DNA of 16,320 bases from Fidelibacterota bacterium (GTDB lineage: Bacteria > Fidelibacterota > UBA2242). The position numbers and the translations under genes are program-made. A model generated the notes under the pieces. The model was not told the origin of the DNA, made no database searches, and saw only the letters and a list, made by a program, of their open reading frames with translations. Location of the stretch: the NCBI GenBank assembly GCA_049975265.1, contig JBNGDF010000044.1, positions 1 to 16,320 of the forward strand, read 5' to 3'. Shown piece after piece: positions 7,692-16,320 of this stretch (its first letter is position 1; every line of letters starts with the position of its first letter).

Positions 7692-8412
7692 GTACTCCTC
7701 CGGAGATTATAGTTCCCAGCTCATCGCCGGTCAACAAACGGCGAAGATTATCTTTGATATTCATATTGTACACCAAAATCGGCAGTTTGTTATCGCGACA
7801 CAGAGTAATAGCCGTCAGATCCATCACCTGCAGCTGCTTTTCGACAACGGTTTGATAATCCAGTTCCTTAAAAAAGACAGCATCAGGATGTTTGACCGGG
7901 TCCCGATCATACACACCATCGACTTTCGTTGCTTTGATAATCGCATCAGCATGGATTTCCACCGCCCTGAGAGCCGCTCCTGTATCGGTGCTGAAAAAGG
8001 GTCGCCCGGTGCCGGCACTAAAGATGACAATATGACCGCTTTTCAGATAGTCCTCCGCCCGGCGGATAATCATCGGTTCGGCGACATCTTCCATCTTAAT
8101 CGCCGACATGACGGTCACTTTCAAGCCCGCGGACTCCAGGACATCCTGGACAGCCAGAGCGTTGATCACTGTCGCCAGCATTCCCATATAATCGGCTTTT
8201 ACCCGGTTCATACCCCGCTGGCTGGCTGCCAGACCGCGGAAAATATTCCCGCCACCAATCACGATACCCAGCTCAATCCTTAGCGCCGCAGCTGACTGAA
8301 TTTCCCCGCACACGTACTCCAGAACGGCGGGATCGATACCAAAACCCTTTTCCCCCGCCAGCGCTTCGCCGGAAAATTTCAGAAGCACTCGCTGATATTT
8401 GGTTTTGGTCAT
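7684..8412 (-). CDS. pyrH: UMP kinase
   Basis: RVLLKFSGEALAG, VIGGGNIFRG, DYMGMLATVINAL, PFFSTDTGAALRA, KATKVDGVYDRDP. Confidence 0.98.
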   Translation of the reverse strand: MTKTKYQRVLLKFSGEALAGEKGFGIDPAVLEYVCGEIQSAAALRIELGIVIGGGNIFRGLAASQRGMNRVKADYMGMLATVINALAVQDVLESAGLKVTVMSAIKMEDVAEPMIIRRAEDYLKSGHIVIFSAGTGRPFFSTDTGAALRAVEIHADAIIKATKVDGVYDRDPVKHPDAVFFKELDYQTVVEKQLQVMDLTAITLCRDNKLPILVYNMNIKDNLRRLLTGDELGTIISGGVHG

Positions 8413-8435
8413 TGGATGGATATTAAATTGACTGC

Positions 8436-9035
8436 CTATTTATTCTCGCCCAGCTGATAACGGACAAAACGTGAAATGCTGATATTTTCACCCATCCGGG
8501 CGATGGTCTCGGTCAGATATTCCTTAATGGTCTTCTGCGGATCTTTGACATACGCCTGTTCCAATAGACAGCTTTCCTGGAAAAATTTGTCCAATTTCCC
8601 ATCTACAATCCGCTCCAGAATGTTTTCCGGTTTATTCTGTCCGCGTGCCTGTTCCAGATATATTTCCCGTTCCTTTTCAACTATTTGAGGATCGATCTCT
8701 TCACGGCGAATGGCAGCCGGATTGGTTGCGGCGATATGCATGGCGATATTTTTAACAAAATCCTGAAAGTCTTCGTTCTTTGCCACGAAATCGGTTTCAC
8801 AATTGACTTCGATCATGACACCGATTTTGTTCCCGGGATGGATATAGGACCAGATCACTCCCTCTTTCACGGCGCGGTCGGCTTTTTTCTCGGCTTTTGC
8901 TTTGCCCTTTTTACGCAATACTTCCACCGCTTTCTCGATATCTCCCTGGGCTTCCACCAGAGCGGCTTTACAATCCATCATCCCGATCCCGGTTCTGTCT
9001 CTGAGCTCTTTTACCTGCGTAGCGGTAATTTCCAT
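8436..9035 (-). CDS. tsf: Elongation factor Ts (short form)
   Basis: VKELRDRTGIGMMDCKAAL, EVNCETDFVA, IAMHIAA, GENISISRFVRY; 199 aa. Confidence 0.98.
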   Translation of the reverse strand: MEITATQVKELRDRTGIGMMDCKAALVEAQGDIEKAVEVLRKKGKAKAEKKADRAVKEGVIWSYIHPGNKIGVMIEVNCETDFVAKNEDFQDFVKNIAMHIAATNPAAIRREEIDPQIVEKEREIYLEQARGQNKPENILERIVDGKLDKFFQESCLLEQAYVKDPQKTIKEYLTETIARMGENISISRFVRYQLGENK

Positions 9036-9055
9036 TCTAAAACATCCTTTCGAAA

Positions 9056-9793
9056 TTAATTTGCCTGATCCGTAACTTCCTCTGCTGTGGTTGTCGGCAC
9101 ATCCACCAGGCGGGAATTTTTTGCCTCCAGAATCGCATTGGTCAATTCACTGATGATCAACTGAATCGTCTGAATCGAGTCGTCATTCGCCGGGATGGGA
9201 AAATCTACTTCCGTCGGATCGGCATTGGTGTCCAGAATCGCCACTACGGGAATATCCAGTCGCCTTGCCTCTTTGACAGCAATGTCGTCATGCAGAATGT
9301 CCACCACGACCAGCACGTCGGGTATCTTCTTCATATCTTTAATCCCGCGGTGCAGATCGGCTAATTTGATGCGTTCACGCTCAAGGGACAATTTCTCTTT
9401 TTTGGTCAGATTCTCACCATACCCGGAGGATTTCTCTTTTTCCAGCTTTTGTAGATGGCGAATGCTCTTCTTGATGGTCGAAAAGTTGGTCAGTGTGCCG
9501 CCCAGCCAGCGTTCGACGACATAGTACATGCCTGCCCGGTCGGCTTCGCGCTGGACGATGTCCTTCGCCTGCTTTTTTGTGCCGACGAACAGCACATCAC
9601 CGCCCTTGCGAACCGTTTCCCGGATGAATCGGGAGGCTTCGTCCAGGCATTCGAGGGTCTTGTTTAAATCGATAATATGGATTCCGTTTTTAGCCATGAA
9701 GATATAATTCTTCATTTTTGGATTCCATTTTCGGGTCAAATGACCAAAATGAGCACCGGATTTCCAGAGCTGCTCGAATGTTACATTATTCAT
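9056..9793 (-). CDS. rpsB: 30S ribosomal protein S2
   Basis: SGAHFGHLTRKWNPKM, LFVGTKKQA, RWLGGTLTNF, PIPANDDS. Start placed at ATG 9793 (MNNVTF) to avoid overlap with rpsI. Confidence 0.97.
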   Translation of the reverse strand: MNNVTFEQLWKSGAHFGHLTRKWNPKMKNYIFMAKNGIHIIDLNKTLECLDEASRFIRETVRKGGDVLFVGTKKQAKDIVQREADRAGMYYVVERWLGGTLTNFSTIKKSIRHLQKLEKEKSSGYGENLTKKEKLSLERERIKLADLHRGIKDMKKIPDVLVVVDILHDDIAVKEARRLDIPVVAILDTNADPTEVDFPIPANDDSIQTIQLIISELTNAILEAKNSRLVDVPTTTAEEVTDQAN

Positions 9794-9812
9794 ACAATCG
9801 TTCTTTCTTCTA

Positions 9813-10205
9813 TTAACGTTTGGAGAACTGGTATGCCCGACGAGCGCCAGCCAAACCGTACTTTTTCCGTTCCACAACCCGGGCGTCTCTGGTCAGGAAA
9901 CCAGCCGGTTTCAGTTTCTGTCGTAATTCCGGATCATACTTTTCCAGAGCCCGGGCAATCGCCAGACGAATGGCTCCTGCCTGACCGGAAAGTCCGCCGC
10001 CTTTGACATTAATCTGAATATCAAACTGACCGTTTGCTCCACAAAGTTCCAAAGGTTGCTTGATGATCTGCTTTAGATTTTCGCGACCGAAGTAGTCGTT
10101 CAGATCGCGTCTGTTGATCGTCACTTTGCCTTCCCCGGCACTCATTCTCAGTCGCGCCACGGCACTTTTCCGACGACCAAGGGCAACATATTCTAATTTC
10201 GGCAT
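9813..10205 (-). CDS. rpsI: 30S ribosomal protein S9
   Basis: [48 protein letters not shown]. Start placed at ATG 10205 (MPKLEY). Confidence 0.97.
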   Translation of the reverse strand: MPKLEYVALGRRKSAVARLRMSAGEGKVTINRRDLNDYFGRENLKQIIKQPLELCGANGQFDIQINVKGGGLSGQAGAIRLAIARALEKYDPELRQKLKPAGFLTRDARVVERKKYGLAGARRAYQFSKR

Positions 10206-10212
10206 TTCTTTA

Positions 10213-10650
10213 TTATCCTTCCAATTCGATTTTCTCAGGTTGTTGAGCCTGATGTGGATGTTCGGGACCGGCATAGATTTTCAGCTTACGAAACAGCTTT
10301 CGTCCGAGCGTATTGCGCGGCAACATTCCCTTCACCGCCCGACTGAGAATCTGCTCCGGATGCTTCTCCATGGCTTCCCGATAGCTCTCAAACCGACCGC
10401 CTCCCATATAACCGGAATGAGTAAAATATTTTTTCGACTCGGCTTTACGCCCGGACAGCCGGACTTTATCGGCGTTCACGATCACTACAAAATCGCCGGT
10501 ATCCATGTGAGGTGTATAATAGGGTTTATTTTTACCACGCAGAATTGACGCCACCTGACTCGCCAGACGACCCAGCGCCTTGCCTTCGGCATCGACCACA
10601 TACCATTTCTGATTAATTTCATCAAGTTTCGGATAATATGTCTTGTACAT
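10213..10650 (-). CDS. rplM: 50S ribosomal protein L13
   Basis: [55 protein letters not shown]. Start at ATG 10650 after a purine-rich GAGAGAAGGA tract; ATG 10662 is an alternative. Confidence 0.97.
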   Translation of the reverse strand: MYKTYYPKLDEINQKWYVVDAEGKALGRLASQVASILRGKNKPYYTPHMDTGDFVVIVNADKVRLSGRKAESKKYFTHSGYMGGGRFESYREAMEKHPEQILSRAVKGMLPRNTLGRKLFRKLKIYAGPEHPHQAQQPEKIELEG

Positions 10651-10685
10651 TCCTTCTCTCATACCTACAGTTAAAACAGCGGGTA

Positions 10686-10714
10686 AACTTACAATCCGAC
10701 AGTCTTAGAATCAA
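10686..10714 (-). promoter_or_regulatory. Putative promoter of the rplM operon
   Basis: Minus strand TTGATT, 17 bp spacer, TAAGTT. Confidence 0.55.
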
Positions 10715-10776
10715 GATTTTTTTAGAGAGAGATAATACGGGAAAAACGGGACAGAACTTTAGCAGGCAGGACTTAG

Positions 10777-10838
10777 AACCTTCCGAAGGTTTGTTTTAAA
10801 TTTTGGCAATGGCTATCATACCGAACCTTCGGAAGGTT
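10777..10838. repeat. REP/REPIN-like doublet of two inverted 15-bp palindromes
   Basis: AACCTTCCGAAGGTT (10777-10791) and its exact reverse complement AACCTTCGGAAGGTT (10824-10838), intergenic. Confidence 0.75.
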
Positions 10839-10858
10839 GATCAAAATCTCCATACATC

Positions 10859-11836
10859 CTATTGACATTGCTCCATTAAGAAATCCCTGTCTATATGAAT
10901 TTTTTTACTGGCTGTCCGCCAGAAAGTCCCAAGAATTCCGCTGCCGTTTTTCACATTACTATAGACATTAATAGGAGCATTGAAACCGCTCAACTCATCG
11001 GGCTTTATTTCCAGTCTCTGGATATTATACAAGGCCTCATTCAACGAGTAGATATAGAGTTGAAGATAAAATGAGTCATAATTATCCAAATTATCCAGTT
11101 CAGGATTATTGATATTGCAAAAAAAACTGATTTCATCCAATAAGTTTGTCAATTCATACTGAATTGACAAACTTCTTTGAGGATTGGGAGATATTCCTTC
11201 TCCTTCAAGGTGATCATCGATATTACTGGTTTCCCAGGATAGATAGATTTCTTGTTGCCAGCACTCGCCGGTATTTTTTTCGGCTGTAAAAAGTAAAAAC
11301 GGCAGATATCCGCCAGCACCCTCCGCCTGAGTCCAGGTGAATTTTAATTTTACGGAAGGTTCTTTAACAGTATCAGCCGGCAGCTCTGTCAAAATCACCG
11401 AATCCGGTACAATCGCCTCCGCGGAAATGCTATCAAAATCCGGATGGCTGACAGATAGTTCCCAGCGCTGCCCCGACCGAACTACAACGTTAGGAAATCG
11501 GTAATAGTAATAATGATAGATTTGATAAAATTCATTGTATTCTTTGACAGTATCTTCCTCGACTGGCAGGGTATTTCCATCGACGGTGATCTTTACCTTT
11601 GCGCCGGAAACACTCCAGTAATCGTAGAATGTCAAATAAGAGGCATCGTCATTTTCGTATTCGCTGATTTCGCTCCATTTCGATACAAAGACCTTCAACG
11701 TGTTTTCGCAAGGGCTGACGAGGCAGTTGGTCGTCAATTCCCGGCTGATGTCGGTGTAAGGCCCGGTCGGCGGCCCGGTGGGACAGCCCAACAATAACAA
11801 TATCGGAATTAGTAGAAGTAATTTTGATTTTACCAT
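10859..11836 (-). CDS. Outer-membrane lipoprotein, DUF4249-like partner of the TonB-dependent receptor
   Basis: MVKSKLLLLIPILLLLGC lipobox; motifs SGAKVKITVDG, LSVSHPDFDSISAEAIVP and C-terminal VYSNVKNGSGILG. The start overlaps the receptor stop. Family assignment is from memory of motifs. Confidence 0.75.
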   Translation of the reverse strand: MVKSKLLLLIPILLLLGCPTGPPTGPYTDISRELTTNCLVSPCENTLKVFVSKWSEISEYENDDASYLTFYDYWSVSGAKVKITVDGNTLPVEEDTVKEYNEFYQIYHYYYYRFPNVVVRSGQRWELSVSHPDFDSISAEAIVPDSVILTELPADTVKEPSVKLKFTWTQAEGAGGYLPFLLFTAEKNTGECWQQEIYLSWETSNIDDHLEGEGISPNPQRSLSIQYELTNLLDEISFFCNINNPELDNLDNYDSFYLQLYIYSLNEALYNIQRLEIKPDELSGFNAPINVYSNVKNGSGILGTFWRTASKKIHIDRDFLMEQCQ

Positions 11837-14061
11837 AATTTTCCCCTTATCCCAACCGTCGCTAAGGGCGGCATCTGAATCCAAATATCGCCGTCTTCGG
11901 AATAGGCCAAGACATTCAGGCGGGCGTAAATATTGGTGACATCGATATAGAACTCCATGGGGCGGGTTTTCCAGCTAAACTTCTTGATAAAGTTCAAATC
12001 CAGGCGGTGATAAGCCGGAGAGCGCCAGGCGTTCCGTTCGCCATAGACGGCAAATTCCATCGGGTAGCTGTTCGATTGAAATTCATCATAGGTTGGTTGC
12101 CGGATGTAGCCGATAATTTTTGTAAACGGTGTGCCAGTGTGATAGATAAAGCGAGTTCCCACTGTCCATTTTTCCGATAAGCGGTAATTCAACACCAGGT
12201 CCAGGTCATGGGGACGGTCGTATTTGGGCGGGTAGGAAATACCGTTGACAGTTTTGCTAACCTTCGAATAGGAATAGGACAGCCAGCCCTGCAGCTTGCA
12301 GAAGTTGCCCTTTAGCAGTAATTCCAGACCGTCCGCTGTCCCGGTTCCGCTGACCAGGTCTGGGTCGAGGGATGAATATTTTGTTGTGTTGTATTCCACC
12401 AGGTGTTTGAAATCTTTATGATACAGCGCCAAATCCAAGTTTAGATTTCGGAAAATGTTCCATTCGTAACTGATGGCGTACTGCTCCGTCGCCATTACCG
12501 GCAAATCTGCCGGCACGGTGATCCAGGCGTCGAACATCGAAAGGATTGTCTCTTCGGTTCCAATCGTCATCAAATCCTGGTGATATTTGCCCCAGTGTAC
12601 TTGAATTTTATGAGAAGGTGAAATGGTCCAGCCCAGTGATAGTTGCGGAGAAAACGTGATCGTATCCTGAAGCGAAAAATGGGTCAGGCGCAGACCGCCG
12701 GTGATGTTGATGAGCGCTCCAAAATTCCGATCGATGCTGACAAAAGCGGAATTTTCCCGCGATTCGTTTTTCTCGAAGTAGATCGGCTCGTAGCTGAATC
12801 CCTCGGTTTCCAGGTAATAATTATAAACGCTGAATTCTCCGCCGACATCGATTTGTCCCAGGAAAGGATTGTCAAGTTTGAAATAAGCGTTGATCGTTTT
12901 GCCGGTAAAGACATTGTCGATTTTTTCTGGATTTGTGGTGTCCGCCGGTAACAGCTGCGCCCGGAATTGACTGACGCTGCCCCGCAGATAAAACACCAGT
13001 TGGGGCGATATAATCGTGGAATAATTCAATCCGAGCGCCGCATTCTGCCAATCATATATGCCTGAAGTTGTGTCGTTGTTGACGGCATTCATATCGTAGC
13101 TGTCTTTTCCCAGGTAGGAGGTGATTTCCAGGCGATTTCGCTGACCCGGTTTGATGACAACTTTGCCCATCCCATCAAAAAAGTAATAAGGTAGTTTTAT
13201 ATCGGATGATAAGATTTTGGTAACAGTATTCACAAATAAATCGGCATAAGTTCGCCGGATAGTGAAAAGATAACTGCCGAATGGCAACGGTCCCTCCGCC
13301 CGGATTTTGGAACTCAGGAAACTGAGATTGACATAACCGGCATGTTCGGCTGAGGTTCCATCCCTGACATTGACATCGATGACCGAACTGAGCCGATTGC
13401 CATAGATCGGGTCAATCTTGCTTTTTGAAACGTTGGCGGACTGGATGGCCGACTCATCAAAAGTCGAAAAAATGCCAACTAAGTGAAACGGATTAAAAAT
13501 CGGTATCCCGTCCAGCAGGATCAGGTTCTGGTCGGAGTTACCGCCGCGAATGTGTAATCCCATATTATAATCGTTCACGGTCGTAACGCCCGGAAACGTC
13601 TCAATGACCCGGAACAGATCGGGCTCGCCGAGTTTCGGGGCTAGATTCAACTCAATAGTGCTGATATTCAGCAGATCGCTTTCGAGCTCCCGCCTGAAGT
13701 GCCGCTCGCCAAATACCGAGACCGTATCGATCAAGACCGACAAAGAATTCAACCGAATTTCGAGAAAACGTCTCTCTTCAGCTTTTATTTCAATCCATTC
13801 CCGATACACTTCATAACCAATGTGGCTGGCAATTAATTGATATTTGCCCGGTTCAACTCCGGGAATCGAAAAATAACCATTAGGATCGGAACTGCATCCC
13901 AGGTTGGTATTCGCCAGGAAGACATTAACGCCCGCTAACGGCTCAAGAGATTCGGCAATTTTTATAGTGCCGGAAATGCTGGCGGCAAAGAGATAGGCTG
14001 AATAGAAGACACACCAAAAAACAAATATTAAGGTAAAGTGAATACATTTGATGTAAAACAA
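11830..14061 (-). CDS. TonB-dependent receptor with N-terminal carboxypeptidase-regulatory-like domain and plug
   Basis: Signal peptide, ISGTIK...EPLAGVNVFL, plug motif PGV...IRGGNSDQNLILLDGIPIFNPFHL...YGNRLSSVIDV, barrel motifs GWLSYSYS, YDRPH, AYHRLDL, terminal aromatic residue. Confidence 0.92.
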   Translation of the reverse strand: MFYIKCIHFTLIFVFWCVFYSAYLFAASISGTIKIAESLEPLAGVNVFLANTNLGCSSDPNGYFSIPGVEPGKYQLIASHIGYEVYREWIEIKAEERRFLEIRLNSLSVLIDTVSVFGERHFRRELESDLLNISTIELNLAPKLGEPDLFRVIETFPGVTTVNDYNMGLHIRGGNSDQNLILLDGIPIFNPFHLVGIFSTFDESAIQSANVSKSKIDPIYGNRLSSVIDVNVRDGTSAEHAGYVNLSFLSSKIRAEGPLPFGSYLFTIRRTYADLFVNTVTKILSSDIKLPYYFFDGMGKVVIKPGQRNRLEITSYLGKDSYDMNAVNNDTTSGIYDWQNAALGLNYSTIISPQLVFYLRGSVSQFRAQLLPADTTNPEKIDNVFTGKTINAYFKLDNPFLGQIDVGGEFSVYNYYLETEGFSYEPIYFEKNESRENSAFVSIDRNFGALINITGGLRLTHFSLQDTITFSPQLSLGWTISPSHKIQVHWGKYHQDLMTIGTEETILSMFDAWITVPADLPVMATEQYAISYEWNIFRNLNLDLALYHKDFKHLVEYNTTKYSSLDPDLVSGTGTADGLELLLKGNFCKLQGWLSYSYSKVSKTVNGISYPPKYDRPHDLDLVLNYRLSEKWTVGTRFIYHTGTPFTKIIGYIRQPTYDEFQSNSYPMEFAVYGERNAWRSPAYHRLDLNFIKKFSWKTRPMEFYIDVTNIYARLNVLAYSEDGDIWIQMPPLATVGIRGKLW

Positions 14062-14103
14062 TAAGTCTAATTTCCTATTTGAATTATCATTTCGATCTAT
14101 TTT

Positions 14104-14568
14104 TTATTTGAAATGATATTTAATTCCGATTCCAGTGTTAAGAAAAGAGAAAGAATCAATTCCATTGATGACTTTAAAACTTGGTCCAAATTCTGCAAAA
14201 ACACCAAATTTAGGATGAAGTCTGTATTGAACACCGAGAATCAGACCTAAATAAAACACCTCCTGATAGCCATTAAAAGTTACATCCGGACCTATATACT
14301 TATATATCGATTTATCTGAAGCTGCCCCGATAAGTACGCTTAAACTGGAGATGTTTGAATAAAAAAGATCTCCGTCATCAAACTCTAAAAAAGTTGAAAC
14401 CCTTGTTTGAATCTTATCAGAAAAACCATATGAAATCCCAATCTGCGGAACTAACTGAGATTTAATTGTAATTCCAAATTTACCTTTTTCCTGGGCATTA
14501 ATTTTTAAGGCAAAGATGATCAAGATTGACAAAATAGCAAATTGTTGAAAAAAATATTTACTGTTCAT
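14104..14568 (-). CDS. Small outer-membrane beta-barrel protein
   Basis: Signal peptide ending INA-Q, alternating amphipathic strands, C-terminal GIGIKYHFK beta-signal-like end, AAGGAGG RBS. Confidence 0.75.
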   Translation of the reverse strand: MNSKYFFQQFAILSILIIFALKINAQEKGKFGITIKSQLVPQIGISYGFSDKIQTRVSTFLEFDDGDLFYSNISSLSVLIGAASDKSIYKYIGPDVTFNGYQEVFYLGLILGVQYRLHPKFGVFAEFGPSFKVINGIDSFSFLNTGIGIKYHFK

Positions 14569-14614
14569 ATCACATCCTCCTTATGGTTTGTTTATTATTC
14601 ATTTGTAAAATAAT

Positions 14615-14645
14615 AAAAACCGGGGTAAATGAAAATTACCCCGGT
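14615..14645 (-). terminator. Intrinsic terminator after the lipoprotein gene
   Basis: Minus strand ACCGGGGTAA-ttttcat-TTACCCCGGT followed by TTTTATT. Confidence 0.8.
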
Positions 14646-14657
14646 CAATTAGTCCTC

Positions 14658-15824
14658 CTAAATCGTGTATTCATCCCAATCAATGACAAATCGAACGGAA
14701 CCAGTAGTATATGGATTACTTTTTGTCCTTAGTGCATCATCTTTATGAAAGGTGGTGGTTCCAAGGTCATCATCGCCACTTTTAATTGAAAAACTTATTT
14801 GGGCATTTAAACCTGTATCTTCGTCTAAATAACCAATTGTAAACGTTACAGTGCTACCATTGCCATCATACTCAAAAAACGAAATTCCAAACATCTTAGA
14901 ATATTCATCATGCCATTCCAGCATATGAAGGTCGACATGGTGCCATGAATGATTAGTACCCCAGCCTTTCCACTCCGAGTACATATTATATCTGTTTGCA
15001 ATACCCTCAGAATTCGCGAGTAGACAAAATATCTCGGGAGCCCCTCTCGAAAAGGGTTCACCATCGTCAACAAGATATACATGATCAAGTACTAAATCAG
15101 TATGCATTGAAGCAATTTTACCAAGAATACTATTAATATTTTCATATATTACTTTTTTTGTCTGAGGATCACATCTTTCATTTATACCAACAACTAATAA
15201 TGGATAATCAGGTTCCGTTTTAGCATCCAGAATATATTCTTTCAGATCAGCATCATAAGCGTAAATCTCTTTCCATTCCATGTCATCGATTGTCAATGGC
15301 GTATAGGCAACCAGAATTGTCGATTCTCCATCCCAGTCATCAAAATTAACCGGTAAGGCAACCTGGAGTAGCGGAATCTCTTCAATCTTCTCAATTGGTA
15401 ACACATTTTGGGTGCGCTCGCTAAACCGGCTATTGACTAATACTCTTAAGTCACGACCTGAAATCCGCTTGTTTTTGATATGATCCCAGAGAGCATCATA
15501 ATCACCGTCGAACTTTTCACCAATCTTTTTCTTCAGAGTCTGACATATTTCCGGATGCTTTAGCGATTTTGCCACTGCCATCGCAAATTATTTTAATAAT
15601 ACCTCATCGATGACGGCATTGCGCTGTTCGCCGTCAGATGACTTTTCAAGAGCATAACTATTTAGTAGCGCCAAATCACTTTCACTGATTTCAATTTTTT
15701 CGAAATCATTTTCAAATTGTTCAGATGATGATGTTACGGCATTAGTCGGCAGGTTATCGGTTTCACAACTGATAATTAAGAAAAGAAACATAAGGATTGT
15801 TAAAAATACAGATAACTTTTTCAT
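14658..15824 (-). pseudogene. Lipoprotein (DUF3103-like) interrupted by an in-frame TAA
   Basis: ORFs 15588-15836 and 14658-15581 share a frame: VLLK*FAMAVAKSL. MKKLSVFLTILMFLFLIISC lipobox from ATG 15824. Motifs EWKEIYAYD...PLLVVG and DDGEPFSRGAPEIF resemble DUF3103 (tentative). Confidence 0.75.
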
Positions 15825-15950
15825 TTTATTCTCCATTCTCTTTTAATTTCAAAGAAACTTCATTAAAATCATTCGGAATGAGTGTAATCTCTTCTGAGAT
15901 TACGATTGTTCTGCCCGGAGTGAATGCTCAATCATTGACTCCGGGCTTTG

Positions 15951-15968
15951 TCAAATAAAAGTGTACAT
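15951..15968 (-). other. Putative 5-codon leader ORF (MYTFI)
   Basis: AAGAGGAGGA-TAAAGT-ATG TAC ACT TTT ATT TGA, with TATAAT at 16005-16000 upstream and a hairpin immediately downstream. Confidence 0.4.
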
Positions 15969-16092
15969 ACTTTATCCTCCTCTTTTTTTAAGACACATTA
16001 TTATAGTTAGTAATTTGTCTTTGTCCCATCACTATTGAAATGAGATACTCACAAAATATCCGATGTTATCCTTAAACTTTTTCGACAGAGAT

Positions 16093-16141
16093 AAAAAACA
16101 GCCCGCCAATAAATGGCTAACTAAAAAAACCGGGCGGTTTT
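16093..16141 (-). terminator. Imperfect inverted repeat, possible terminator upstream of the outer-membrane cassette
   Basis: AAAACAGCCCG (16095-16105) and CGGGCGGTTTT (16131-16141), 10/11 complementary, T-run on the minus strand, but with a long loop. Confidence 0.35.
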
Positions 16142-16320
16142 GATTCATTTTAAGTAATAGTTCCGAAAACAAATCTACATCCTGTAAAAAAATGAGTCAA
16201 GAAATATTTTCTTACAGGAGAATGGGACCACTCCTGTCAGGCGGTCACAGGCAGATTTCAATATAACGGATTTTAAAAGGTAATATAATGACCCCTGGTC
16301 ACAACCCCTTTGACACGCCC

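Noticed and set aside
9794..10274. Extended N-termini of rpsB (9877) and rpsI (10274) in the ORF track
   Set aside because: They overlap the upstream genes, and conserved sequence starts at ATG 9793 and ATG 10205.
4999..10548. Numerous antisense and alternate-frame ORFs over nrdJ and the ribosomal operon (e.g. 7573-8283, 5965-6519, 6218-6691)
   Set aside because: They are shadows of well-conserved genes and have no recognisable motifs.
10777..10838. CRISPR array
   Set aside because: Only two 15-bp units and no cas genes.
1837..15590. Stop-codon reassignment (alternative genetic code) as the explanation for the in-frame stops
   Set aside because: Core genes end at conserved positions with all three stops (TAG frr/tsf, TAA rpsB/rpsI/rplM, TGA pyrH/nrdJ). 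The internal stops are of two types and occur only once per gene.

Overview
Bacterial chromosomal window in three blocks. The rplM-rpsI-rpsB-tsf-pyrH-frr order and the TBDR/lipoprotein content suggest an FCB-group lineage such as Marinimicrobia or KSB1 (inference). (1) Bases 1-4275 are the right end of a decaying phage/satellite-like element inserted at the 3' end of tRNA-Gly(CCC). It carries a replication-initiator C-terminal remnant, a DnaB helicase, an HTH/Xis protein, a beta-class DNA methyltransferase with an early amber stop, a second small HTH protein, and a tyrosine integrase with an in-frame ochre stop and a lost catalytic Arg. (2) Bases 4276-10714 are core genome: tRNA-Gly, NrdR-boxed class II ribonucleotide reductase nrdJ, and the translation operon on the minus strand. 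(3) Bases 10777-16320 hold a REP-like doublet and an outer-membrane cassette: a nonsense-interrupted lipoprotein, a small beta-barrel, a TonB-dependent receptor and a DUF4249-like lipoprotein. The most notable observation is a helically phased pair of NrdR-box-like sites over the promoter of the element's HTH-integrase operon, suggesting dNTP-pool control of recombination. Also notable are recurrent single-base nonsense lesions limited to accessory genes and a 5-codon leader ORF with a hairpin cluster upstream of the lipoprotein.
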